The notes below the pieces were generated by a model, which saw nothing but the letters and a program-made list of their open reading frames with translations, made no database searches and was not told where the DNA came from. From the sequence record NZ_CP097382.1: a stretch of 64,000 nt of DNA. One strand, 5' to 3'. This DNA comes from a plasmid. This document shows, piece by piece, positions 50,354 to 59,249 of the stretch (position 1 is its first letter; the number at the start of each line of letters is the position of its first letter). The position numbers and the translations under genes were made by a program.

Positions 50354-52357
50354 ATGTCTACATTAGAAACTATCATTAACCCAAAACAACGTAAAGCAAA
50401 AAAAGGCACAAAATCCGCACAAACCGACGCGATTTATCAGGCATTGGACAGTATGGAAGCGCATGTATTGCCGTTATCGGCATTGGTACAGAGTGAACTC
50501 AATGTCCGTAAACGTCCAATCGACGAAAAAGCCTTGTCCGAACTGGCAGACAGTATTCAAGCGGTCGGGGTATTACAAAACTTGGTGGTTTACCCGATGG
50601 ACAATGACGTCTACGGGGTTGCTGCGGGTCAACGTCGTTTACTGGCGTTACAACAATTGGTGACAAAAGGGCATTTAGCGTCGAGTTTCCCTGTGCCTGT
50701 CAAAGTGGTTTCAGAGTCCGATGCGCTGATTGTTTCCCTGACGGAAAATAGCCAACGTGAAGCTATGCACCCAGCCGACCAACTTCATGCTTTTATCGAG
50801 CTACAAAAAACAGGCAAAAATGCGGCTGAAATCGGTGACTTATTAGGGGTCAGCACTCATCACGTTAAAAAATGTCTGCGTTTAGCAAACATGGCGCCTG
50901 AGCTGTTAGCCGAATTGGATGCGGATAATATTACCCTAGACCAACTGCAAGCGTTAGCCGGAACCCCTGACCATGACCGTCAAGTGATGGTGTGGAACAA
51001 TGCAATGGGTTGGAAAAAAGAGCCACCTTACTTACGTGAAGCGATTGAAGAAACCAAAACCCCCGTCGAAAATAATCGACTGGTGAAGTTTGTGGGGTTG
51101 GATGCCTACGAGCAAGCAGGGGGAACCCTTGAAATTGACCTATTTACCGAAGCAGGATTTATTGAAAACGCCCCGCTATTAGAAAAAATGGCACTAGATA
51201 AACTCAGTGCGTGTGCGGAACTGTTAGCGGATATTGAGGGTTGGCAGTTCGGTACTGCCCGTTTAGAGCGTCCGAGCTTTTACGGTAATGGTGGGGAAAC
51301 CTTGTCTCTCAGTCATGCGCCCGAGGCGGTCATTCCCCCTGAATTTGCGGATTTACTGGCTGAATTGCGTGCTCGTGAAGCGGATTTACGGGAACAAGCA
51401 TTAAATGCAGAGGAATATCATGAACAAATCGACCTTTGGCAAGCCGTGAATGATTGCGAAAATCAAATCGAGGGCATTGAAAGTCGGACTAAAAATCAAG
51501 CGTGGACAGCCGATGGAAAAGCCACAAAAGGCGTTGTTGTCTACCTTGACCGTGATGGAGAACCGTGTGTCATCCGTGGCGTCATTGACTTAGCACAGCA
51601 AGAGTCACCGTGCAGTGAAGCGGAAAGCGAAACGGAAAGTAGTGAAAGTGAGCAATCAACGACTCAAGTTGAGACGGTTTCTACCTACAGCGCAGCCTTG
51701 TGCAAAAGTCTTTCTTCGGAGCGCACATTAGCGGTTCAAGCGGCATTAACACAACATCCAAACGTGGCACTGGCGATTTTGGTTCATGATGCATGCATTC
51801 AAGTGTTTGGTTCACCGTATGCCAAAACTGCATTTAACATTAAGTTTTCGCTTTCTCAGGAAGAGTTACTCAAAAATGCCCCGACCGCCCAAGACAGTGA
51901 AGCATTGCAATTACTCAATACGCAATTTGAGTCGTGGTCAGCGCGTCTCCCTGACGCATGGCAAGCCGATTTTTCTTGGTTGTTGTCATGGGAGCAAGCG
52001 GATTTAGTCGCGTTACTGGCGTTTTGCTCTGCGCAAACGTTGAGTGAAGTCAATCATTATGCTCCGCACGATAACACGTTAGCCGAAGCCCTGCGCCCAA
52101 TTGAACAGGCAATTGCCTTTGATTTTCGTCAGTGGTGGCAGCCAACAAAAGCCAATTTCTTTGGGCGTATCAGTAAAGACCAAATCAGCGATTGTTTAGT
52201 GGATGCAGAGGCAGCAGATAAAGCCCTTGAAGCTGTCAAAATGAAGAAAGGGGATGCTGCGGAGTTGGCTGAAAATACCCTCAAAGATACCCATTGGTTG
52301 CCGAGCTGTTTTCTGAATGTAAACGCTGACACTCACCACACCGATAACGCGCAATAA
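50354..52357 (+). CDS. ParB-like nuclease-domain protein (large, about 668 aa; leading-region ParB homolog)
   Basis: An N-terminal ParB/Srx domain (…LSALVQSELNVRKRPIDEKALSELADSIQAVGVLQNLVVYP…GQRRLLALQQL…) plus an HTH (…GKNAAEIGDLLGVSTHHVKKCLRLA…) and a long acidic C-terminal region. The ATG at 50354 is preceded by AGAGGT. Confidence 0.75.
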   Translation: MSTLETIINPKQRKAKKGTKSAQTDAIYQALDSMEAHVLPLSALVQSELNVRKRPIDEKALSELADSIQAVGVLQNLVVYPMDNDVYGVAAGQRRLLALQQLVTKGHLASSFPVPVKVVSESDALIVSLTENSQREAMHPADQLHAFIELQKTGKNAAEIGDLLGVSTHHVKKCLRLANMAPELLAELDADNITLDQLQALAGTPDHDRQVMVWNNAMGWKKEPPYLREAIEETKTPVENNRLVKFVGLDAYEQAGGTLEIDLFTEAGFIENAPLLEKMALDKLSACAELLADIEGWQFGTARLERPSFYGNGGETLSLSHAPEAVIPPEFADLLAELRAREADLREQALNAEEYHEQIDLWQAVNDCENQIEGIESRTKNQAWTADGKATKGVVVYLDRDGEPCVIRGVIDLAQQESPCSEAESETESSESEQSTTQVETVSTYSAALCKSLSSERTLAVQAALTQHPNVALAILVHDACIQVFGSPYAKTAFNIKFSLSQEELLKNAPTAQDSEALQLLNTQFESWSARLPDAWQADFSWLLSWEQADLVALLAFCSAQTLSEVNHYAPHDNTLAEALRPIEQAIAFDFRQWWQPTKANFFGRISKDQISDCLVDAEAADKALEAVKMKKGDAAELAENTLKDTHWLPSCFLNVNADTHHTDNAQ

Positions 52358-52398
52358 TCAGACTGGAGACACTGCCCGAAAGGGCAGTGTGAATAATC

Positions 52399-52998
52399 AT
52401 GACAACGATTCCAAACCATTTAGCCCTTGTGCCGTTTAATGACCGTCAATATGCCGCAGCAAAAGCCATCCTTTTTGTCGAAGATAAAATGCAAAAAGGG
52501 CAATACCAAAAAAGCTATCCCTATGCGAGTGCGTTAATTCGATTTTTTACAGGGAATAAAGGGGCAATAACCGCAAAAGATTTGCACTCTACGTTGGTGT
52601 TATCTTTTGATGATAAACGTGAAATGCCGTCAAAAAATCGCTATCTTTCGGCTCTAGATACGTTTATTCAGTCCCGTGGTTATATTTGTCCATTGCCGTT
52701 ATGCGATCATCATGTGCGTGATTTTTTTCCTGAGCTGGATTACCGCGACCGTGAACGGCAGGGGCGAAAAATTCATTCTCAAGTACAGGTAGTGAGCCGT
52801 GCCCGACAAAAAGCCCAAATTAAAGCGCAGCAACAGTATCAAAATCGATTAGCCCAAGCCGAAATTGAGTTAGCCTTTATTACCCCCAGTGAGTTTAAAT
52901 CGTGGTACAACCGGTTTAATCATGATGGGATTGAAGAGTATGATTTGATTGAATTGCTTGTAAACTGGACGACGCGATTTAACAATTTAAACTTGTGA
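52399..52998 (+). CDS. Hypothetical protein (199 aa)
   Basis: Intact ORF co-directional with its neighbours. No recognised domain. Confidence 0.45.
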   Translation: MTTIPNHLALVPFNDRQYAAAKAILFVEDKMQKGQYQKSYPYASALIRFFTGNKGAITAKDLHSTLVLSFDDKREMPSKNRYLSALDTFIQSRGYICPLPLCDHHVRDFFPELDYRDRERQGRKIHSQVQVVSRARQKAQIKAQQQYQNRLAQAEIELAFITPSEFKSWYNRFNHDGIEEYDLIELLVNWTTRFNNLNL

Positions 52999-53128
52999 AA
53001 ATACCTTGATTTTGCCCCGTTGTGGTCGGCTCTCTTGGATTTCAATGAGGATATCGATACCCGATCATACGGTGAGCAATTACTGGATAATTATACCATT
53101 CCTAATAAATTAATCGGTAAAAAGGGCG

Positions 53129-53401
53129 TTGACCATGAATGAATGGAATGTGGTTTTACTCGAAACTGAAGACAGTTTGGTGCTAATGATGCGCGGTGAG
53201 CACACAAAAGAAACGGTCATTAACTCAGCAATTGCCGCGAATGAAATTTCACAGAGTGATCGAGAAACGTGGTTAGCCTGTGAAGATATCAATGTGGGTT
53301 ATTACAAGGCAGTGCCTAGAGAAGGGCATGTGACCTATTATTACCCCTCGAGTCAGGACGTTAAAGGCGCATTTTTGGCAACCAGTCTTGTGCTATTTTA
53401 A
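53129..53401 (+). CDS. Hypothetical small acidic protein (90 aa)
   Basis: Intact ORF. No recognised domain. Confidence 0.4.
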   Translation: MTMNEWNVVLLETEDSLVLMMRGEHTKETVINSAIAANEISQSDRETWLACEDINVGYYKAVPREGHVTYYYPSSQDVKGAFLATSLVLF

Positions 53402-53412
53402 GGATGAGATAA

Positions 53413-53799
53413 GTGAAAAATATCGAAAATGATGTTACTGAAATCACCGAACAGCAGCGGTTTGAGTTTGCCTATCAGGATTTATGCAAAATAAAACACG
53501 GCGTAAGAACACGCTATTTCGCTGAAAAAATGGGACTTTTCGTTTGGTTTTTGACGTTAACTGTCGGGTCTGTATGGCTGATCTTGGCGAATTTACCGAT
53601 TGTGGGCTTAGTTGTTCCCGTAGTACTGGTCTATTGGTGCTTGAGTATCACTCTTTTCATTAAATTAAAGTTATTTCTCATTTTAAATAGTGAATGGAAA
53701 CTTAATGCATTTATTACATCAATATACCCCAATGAATGTCGAATTATACCGCGCATTGCAAGAAAATGTTCGGTATACACCCGAACATTTTCTTGTTGA
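53413..53799 (+). CDS. Hypothetical membrane protein (128 aa, 2 predicted TM helices)
   Basis: Hydrophobic stretches …FVWFLTLTVGSVWLILANLPIVGLVVPVVLVYWCLSITLFI…. A second ORF (53690–53899) overlaps the 3' end in another frame. Confidence 0.35.
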   Translation: MKNIENDVTEITEQQRFEFAYQDLCKIKHGVRTRYFAEKMGLFVWFLTLTVGSVWLILANLPIVGLVVPVVLVYWCLSITLFIKLKLFLILNSEWKLNAFITSIYPNECRIIPRIARKCSVYTRTFSC

Positions 53800-54194
53800 G
53801 CTTAAGATCTGGTTAGCAAAAGAAAGTCAGTATTTCGGTGTAAAACCAGTCTATACGGTTAAAAAGAGATTGAGTTTTACTGAGCGAGTGATTAAGTAAG
53901 TTACAGCTTTAATTTTAATAACAATGAGTTAAGAAATTTTTATCATAAACATAAAATAACCCCTTATGGGTTCCTACGGCAGCTCGACGTTATCGAGCTG
54001 TCGCCTACACTCCAACTCCATTCGTTTTAGGAATGGGTTTCCGCAGAGCCGCAAGCGTCTCTGTCCTTCGGATAGCAAGCGAAACCTAACTGCACGGCAT
54101 TTCGTGCTTCGCACGGCCGTTAAAGACGCCACGCGTTGCGTGTCGGCCGATTGCCTCCTCACCCGACGGTTATTTTCTTACTATCAGCCCATTC

Positions 54195-54340
54195 GCTAGG
54201 GCTTAAACATAGCCTCAACTCGTCATCCAGCAAGCGTAAAGTGCACTCCAGCAAAATTCTTGTCGCTGCGCTTTCCAACAATTTTGCTTCCGCCCTTGCT
54301 TCCTTCCTCGTCTCAGCTATGCACGCCCTTGCCGCGACTG
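54195..54340 (+). repeat. Leading-region structured repeat, partial copy B
   Basis: It shares the conserved core …GGGCTTAAACATAGCCTCAACTCGTCATCCAGCAAGCGTAAAGTGCACTCCAGCAAAATTCTTGTCGCTGCGCTTTCCAACAATTTTGCTTCCGCCCTTGCTTCCTTCCTCGTCTCAGCTATG… with copies A and C and diverges on both sides. Confidence 0.7.
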
Positions 54341-54462
54341 AACTGACAGTAAGATGAATTAACACTTTCAAAGAGAACTACGAGGCCATCGGTGAACGTC
54401 AACACCGCCACGCCAAAACCTCCAGAAAGATGAGTTAAAAGCCAAAAACAAGGAGTATCAAC

Positions 54463-54714
54463 ATGAATTATCAAATTTTTATTGCGGAAACCCATAAGAA
54501 AAATGTGACAGGGCAAACGGATGACGTTTATCACTTCAATTCCATTGCGGAATTCTTCACTTTTCTGAAAAAAACGAAATTCGCGGAAAAAATGAACATG
54601 AATTACCAATATGCCTTAACCGATGGAACAAAAAACACCGATTTAACTTACTGCGAAATTGAAAACGCCAACCACCTTAAACCGTTTAAAAAACAGGTTC
54701 GCCAATACCGTTAA
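54463..54714 (+). CDS. Hypothetical protein (83 aa)
   Basis: It is preceded by GGAG. No recognised domain. Confidence 0.4.
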   Translation: MNYQIFIAETHKKNVTGQTDDVYHFNSIAEFFTFLKKTKFAEKMNMNYQYALTDGTKNTDLTYCEIENANHLKPFKKQVRQYR

Positions 54715-54809
54715 AGCGACCTATTGAATAGCGCGAAATCGTAACGCGCTATTCAATATCGAGCCAGTTCGATATTGACCCACCACTAAATCATAAAAGG
54801 AGAAAGAGT

Positions 54810-55148
54810 ATGTATCACGCATTAGAGCAGTACGAAACAGACAGTTACTCAGAAACCCAAAGCGCGGAATTGATGTATTGGATAGGACGTGAACAAGCGG
54901 CTAAAACTGCCCCGACAGAGATTACCTTAATGCAATTTATGGATGCGTTATCCGTTATGCCCCCGCTGGATTGGCAAGGCAATAACAATACGGAGTCCTT
55001 TAAATTGCAAGAGATGGTTTTAGGGAACGTGACTGACATTTTTGTCAAAGAGGACGAACGTTATTTTACGTTTCGGGATGTATTAACGTTATCCCATGCG
55101 CAAATTATTTCGCGTGTGCGTTGTGCTGGATTGCTGGCACAACAATGA
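54810..55148 (+). CDS. Hypothetical acidic protein (112 aa)
   Basis: It is preceded by AAAGGAG. No recognised domain. Confidence 0.45.
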   Translation: MYHALEQYETDSYSETQSAELMYWIGREQAAKTAPTEITLMQFMDALSVMPPLDWQGNNNTESFKLQEMVLGNVTDIFVKEDERYFTFRDVLTLSHAQIISRVRCAGLLAQQ

Positions 55149-55237
55149 AAAAAGCAGGCTTGCGCCTGCTTAATCCGTGCCTTGAATGACTTTAGCGAGG
55201 AACTCAAGGCATCAACTCACTCAAAGGAGTAGCTCCT

Positions 55238-55480
55238 ATGAACTCAACAATCATGGCATACGCTGCCAACCCTGTAAAGCCCCAAATGCCCGCCCTGTCA
55301 AAACGTCGGGTCGTGCGTCACGATATGACAATAAGTGAAATTGAGCCGTGTTATCGGTCAATGGCGCGGCATATCGACAAACAACTTAAACGAAAACAGC
55401 CCGTTCGCATCCCTGCAATGAATAACCAGTGTTTGGGGCAACTTTTGCGTTGTTTAGAACTGCGTAAATCGTGGATTTAA
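55238..55480 (+). CDS. Hypothetical protein (80 aa)
   Basis: It is preceded by AAAGGAG and is basic. Confidence 0.35.
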   Translation: MNSTIMAYAANPVKPQMPALSKRRVVRHDMTISEIEPCYRSMARHIDKQLKRKQPVRIPAMNNQCLGQLLRCLELRKSWI

Positions 55481-55531
55481 GTTAAATCACTGCCCCTGTT
55501 TTTGTTTCAGGGGCAGTTCTGGAGCGTCGAT

Positions 55532-56341
55532 ATGTCACAATTGAGTTTTTTTGATGTGGATTTAAGCCAACCCGCGAAAGGAGCCAGCCCTATTATCTCA
55601 GGTTTGCCCAGTAAGATAGACACAAAGACAGACAAAATAGTCGAGAAAGCAAACCTAACCACGGTTAACGCCAAATCAAAGCGCGATTTTCACAAGGAAT
55701 TTATTCAATTATTTAATCAAACGGCACGTTATCACAGTCGCTTAGACGTATTTCGAGATTTTATTCATGTTGCCGCGATTTCATTAGAAAACAGCGTAAA
55801 ACAGTGTCCTGAGTTGGAACAAACTTACTTTAACGTGATTGCGCGTTATGAAAGAGCCGATTTAGATGTATTCGCCAAATTAATGGCAATTTGTGTTAAT
55901 GCCTTAGACAGTCAAGCGACTGATTTTTTAGGGGAACTCTTTATGTCATTAGAACTTGGCGAAGGGGCATGGGGGCAGTTTTTCACCCCATTTCATATCA
56001 GCCAGCTAATGGCAAATTTTATCATTGGTGATTGCAGCAAGATAATTGAAAAAAATGGCTATATCAGTGTGTGCGAGCCTACGTGCGGGGCGGGCGGAAT
56101 GGTGATTGCCTGTGCAAATTCTGTTTTACAACAAGGCTATAACTCACAAACGCAAATGATTGCGGTGTGTACGGATATTGATGAAGTTGCCGCCCGAATG
56201 TGTTACGTCCAACTGGCATTATTGGGGATACCTGCGATTGTGAATATCGGCAACAGCTTGACCTTGGAAGTTCGCCAAACACTGTATACCCCGATGTTAA
56301 TGTTAAACTCATTCCGCTTTAAATCCTTTCTTACAGCCTAA
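55532..56341 (+). CDS. Orphan N6-adenine DNA methyltransferase-like protein (N6_Mtase fold, possibly truncated/atypical)
   Basis: …WGQFFTPFHISQLMANFII… (the FxTP target-recognition lead-in of HsdM/gamma-class MTases) and motif I …VCEPTCGAGGMVIAC…. No NPPF/Y motif IV is visible before the ORF ends, where repeat copy C begins. There is no adjacent restriction or specificity gene. Confidence 0.55.
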   Translation: MSQLSFFDVDLSQPAKGASPIISGLPSKIDTKTDKIVEKANLTTVNAKSKRDFHKEFIQLFNQTARYHSRLDVFRDFIHVAAISLENSVKQCPELEQTYFNVIARYERADLDVFAKLMAICVNALDSQATDFLGELFMSLELGEGAWGQFFTPFHISQLMANFIIGDCSKIIEKNGYISVCEPTCGAGGMVIACANSVLQQGYNSQTQMIAVCTDIDEVAARMCYVQLALLGIPAIVNIGNSLTLEVRQTLYTPMLMLNSFRFKSFLTA

Positions 56342-56384
56342 TTCACGTTATTTTCAAGGGGATTTATTCCCCTATTTGCGCATC

Positions 56385-56835
56385 GGCTTAATCCTGGCAT
56401 CGAGCCAGGCTCAATCCGACAAAGACAACCCCTGCGCCTTTTAACGCTGACGCGTGGCGCAAAGGACAGGGGTGCAAGCTCCCTAAGGGAGCCGCCCCTG
56501 ATAAACCGCTTAACGTTGTTAAGCTCAAAGGACGCCTTGCGGTTCGATTCTCTCGCCGCAAGTCGGGTTGCGTCATTTTCAGCCACTGTGTTGTTAATCT
56601 TTCGCCAAGCCCCTCCGCTCGGGCTTAAACATAGACTCAATTCGTCATCCAGCAAGCGTAAAGTGCACTCCAGCAAAATTCTTGTCGCTGCGCTTTCCAA
56701 CAATTTTGCCTCCGCCCTTGCTTCCTTCCTCATTTCGTCTATGTACGCCCTTTGCAGCGAAGGAACTCAACGAAAGAAATCATTAACCCAAAGGAGACAC
56801 TAAAATGACTCAACAACAAAGCCTTGCAGCTCAAG
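56385..56835 (+). repeat. Leading-region structured repeat, copy C (ssi/Frpo-like), extending into the klcA start
   Basis: It is homologous to copy A and includes compensatory stem changes (GCTTAAC-gttg-GTTAAGC versus GCTTAGC-tac-GCTAAGC in copy A). It ends in …AAGGAGACACTAAAATGACTCAACAACAAAGCCTTGCAGCTCAAGAATCTAACGAAAGAA. Confidence 0.7.
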
Positions 56836-57284
56836 AATCTAACGAAAGAAATGGAAAAGACGAAACTGTAATCACTGCTATTGAGGTGAAGAACGAGCGA
56901 GCCCGTTTAAAATTTTTACCTTCAAAATTAGGGCGGTATTGCATTGCATTTGAAAATGCAATCTATAACTGGATGACTCGGAATGCTGTAGCCTATAACG
57001 GCGGGTATTGGGATTTTTATACGTTGTCGAATAACGGTTTTTATTTGCAACCGACAAAAGGCTATATGCTCACCTCACCAAACGGCTTTATGGACGATGT
57101 TAGCGCCCAAGAAGCGGGGATCATTGTGACCTTAATGATGTTAAGTCATTTCTCATTCGTCACTGATGAAAAAGGGCACACAGAAGAATGTGAGCGTATT
57201 TCTGCTTATTTTCATCAACTACGGGATTTTATTTTCACATTACCCCCTGAATCACAAACAAAGATATTGAATGCCATTGATTAA
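56805..57284 (+). CDS. klcA: ArdB/KlcA-family anti-restriction protein
   Basis: …RLKFLPSKLGRYCIAFENAIYNWMTRNAVAYNGGYWDFYTLSNNGFYLQP…QEAGIIVTLMMLSHF…YFHQLRDFIFTLPPESQTKILNAID aligns with RK2 KlcA (…RLDFLPTYFG…YNGAYWHYYALSDGGFYMAP…AAGIVATLFALGQL…YHFLRGFAAGHPEAAAIYRAID). Confidence 0.85.
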   Translation: MTQQQSLAAQESNERNGKDETVITAIEVKNERARLKFLPSKLGRYCIAFENAIYNWMTRNAVAYNGGYWDFYTLSNNGFYLQPTKGYMLTSPNGFMDDVSAQEAGIIVTLMMLSHFSFVTDEKGHTEECERISAYFHQLRDFIFTLPPESQTKILNAID

Positions 57285-57350
57285 TTAAATCCTGCGCAAG
57301 TCTCGGGCTTGCGATTAATCAAACTTCATTAATTAAAGAGAGAAAAAATT

Positions 57351-58220
57351 ATGGAACAGCAAACATTATTATCGGTTGGTCAGGTTGTTTATACAAATTT
57401 ATATAATCATGGCTTGGGAGTGATCACTCAAATCCATGGAGAACAAAAACCAGATACAGTGACGAATCTATGTAATGTCATTGTAAGTGGAGGCAACGCA
57501 GAATTTGATATTGTATTTTACAATGGTGATAAATCAAATCGCTTACCAGAATCTGTTTTAAGAGGGGGGATTCAGTGGGAAGTTAAAAATGAAATTGTTG
57601 ATAATGAAACAATTGAATCATTAATTAAACAATCAGAAGAATTCGAACAAACGGAAAAATCTGAGGAAGAAAAAAAACAAATCGAATTTAATCAAGGTGT
57701 CGAATTTCAAAAAAATAATAATCAATATTCACACTTAACCCAGATAACCGCTAATTCAGACAATAAAGTAAAAATAGTGGGTAAAAATATTCGTGCAGAG
57801 TTAAAAAAACATTTTCCAAAAACTAAATTTTCAGTTCGTAAACAATATTACAGTTCTTATTATGTATCATGGACAGATGGCCCGACAGTGGATGAAGTCG
57901 ACTCGATTGTCAAAAAATATAAAACGTCACGCTTCGATTGCTATACTGATTACTCTTACAATGAAAGCTCACCATTTAATATGGTTTATGGTGGTGCTGA
58001 TTATGTTTTTACAAATCGTCATTACAGTGATGAAATAATCGCGTTGGCAATCAAATCACTTATTGATAAATATGGCGAGTCTTATGAGTTTGATACGACG
58101 TTAATGACCGTTGAAAATTATCATCAAGGTAAGTTATACAAAATTGGACGAGAACAAATTATTGGAAATGATGGGATAGGTGGGGAAATTGGTCGAGAAT
58201 TAAGAAAAACCAGTTATTAA
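57351..58220 (+). CDS. Hypothetical protein (289 aa)
   Basis: It is the last leading-region ORF before the oriT-proximal genes. It contains …YYVSWTDGPTVDEVDSIVKKYKTSRFDCYTDYSYNESSPFNMVYGGADYVFTNRHYSDEII…. No confident family assignment. Confidence 0.45.
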   Translation: MEQQTLLSVGQVVYTNLYNHGLGVITQIHGEQKPDTVTNLCNVIVSGGNAEFDIVFYNGDKSNRLPESVLRGGIQWEVKNEIVDNETIESLIKQSEEFEQTEKSEEEKKQIEFNQGVEFQKNNNQYSHLTQITANSDNKVKIVGKNIRAELKKHFPKTKFSVRKQYYSSYYVSWTDGPTVDEVDSIVKKYKTSRFDCYTDYSYNESSPFNMVYGGADYVFTNRHYSDEIIALAIKSLIDKYGESYEFDTTLMTVENYHQGKLYKIGREQIIGNDGIGGEIGRELRKTSY

Positions 58221-58328
58221 AGAAAACGCGCCATAAAGGCGCGTTTCTCGTTTTAATACTAAGCCACATGCATTACTTAATATTAAACGTGATTATAGCG
58301 TTAAAAATAGAAAGTAAAAGGAGTAAGT

Positions 58329-58787
58329 TTAGTTATTTTTTTTAATGTTAAGATAAATGTGATAGACCTCAAGCGCATATTGATTTCTTTTTTGTTCTTG
58401 AGCCTCGGATTTTTTCAACCCTGCATTATAAGCCCCTACGCCTTTCCAGATATCCCCTTGTATACGAATAAATTTAGCGAGATAAAACGCGCCCGTATAA
58501 ATATTCATACACGGATCTAACCTTAATTGATTTTCGGTAATGCCATGCTGTGCTAATTCGTTAAAGTTTTGCGAATGAATTTGCATTAAGCCAATAGCGT
58601 ATCGCGTCGGTGAAGCTTGGTTAATCGCATTTGGTTGGAATGAGCTTTCACGAAAGGCAACTGCGCGTAATAAATCAGGGTCAATTTGATAATCATTTCC
58701 TGCTTTATCATAGCAATCAAACGAAAATGAAAAAGGCGAAAAAAATAACGCAATGAGAATACAGATCATTCGCATATAAAACCCCAT
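58329..58787 (-). CDS. Lytic transglycosylase (SLT domain), conjugation-associated (F orf169/geneX, P19-like)
   Basis: 152 aa with a signal peptide and the SLT catalytic region …AVAFRESSFQPNAINQASPTRYAIGLMQIHSQN…YNAG…. It lies adjacent to the oriT-like region, as in F-like plasmids. Confidence 0.8.
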   Translation of the reverse strand: MGFYMRMICILIALFFSPFSFSFDCYDKAGNDYQIDPDLLRAVAFRESSFQPNAINQASPTRYAIGLMQIHSQNFNELAQHGITENQLRLDPCMNIYTGAFYLAKFIRIQGDIWKGVGAYNAGLKKSEAQEQKRNQYALEVYHIYLNIKKNN

Positions 58788-59249
58788 TTAATAATAAGTT
58801 CTCTTAGCTCAGAATCGCCCATTTTAATAAAAAAATAAAGCACTATTTAAATGCAAGCCAAAAGAAAGGAGGAGCAATAAATATGCTCCTCTGAAAGAAA
58901 GAACTCACACACTACGCAAAATTTCATTTCGCAAGAATTTATCATAAAATCAGTGTGTTAATTAAAAATAAATGGGTGAAAAATTTATAATTTGTAGTGC
59001 TAAGCCCATTGCTAGCCCAATGATAGCGTCTATGTGTGGGCTAAATAGATGCACTTTGTGTGTATTGTGAATAATATCAAATAAATAAAATTTCTTACTA
59101 AATTTAGTGGTCTAATGGTGGTCTATTGTAATATACTGTTTATATGTTATTTATTTTTTATGATTGTATTTGATGGGCTAGTTGTGGGCTGTATGAGATT
59201 GCATCACAGCCCACAACTAGCGGCTAGTGAAAACAAAGGAAATAAAAGA
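58788..59249. other. Candidate oriT / traM promoter region
   Basis: An AT-rich, ORF-free interval between the lytic transglycosylase gene and traM. It carries direct repeats TGCTAAGCCCA/TGCTAGCCCA (about 59010–59035) and an inverted repeat at 59177–59221. Confidence 0.5.
59177..59221. promoter_or_regulatory. Perfect 16-bp inverted repeat GCTAGTTGTGGGCTGT-N13-ACAGCCCACAACTAGC upstream of traM
   Basis: Read directly from the sequence. It ends 28 bp before the traM ATG, and TraM-type proteins autoregulate through inverted-repeat sites in this position. Confidence 0.5.

Noticed and set aside
53690-53899. 69-aa ORF overlapping the 3' end of the 53413–53799 membrane-protein ORF in another frame
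   Set aside because: Only one of the two overlapping frames can be real. I kept the longer upstream one, but this is a weak call either way.
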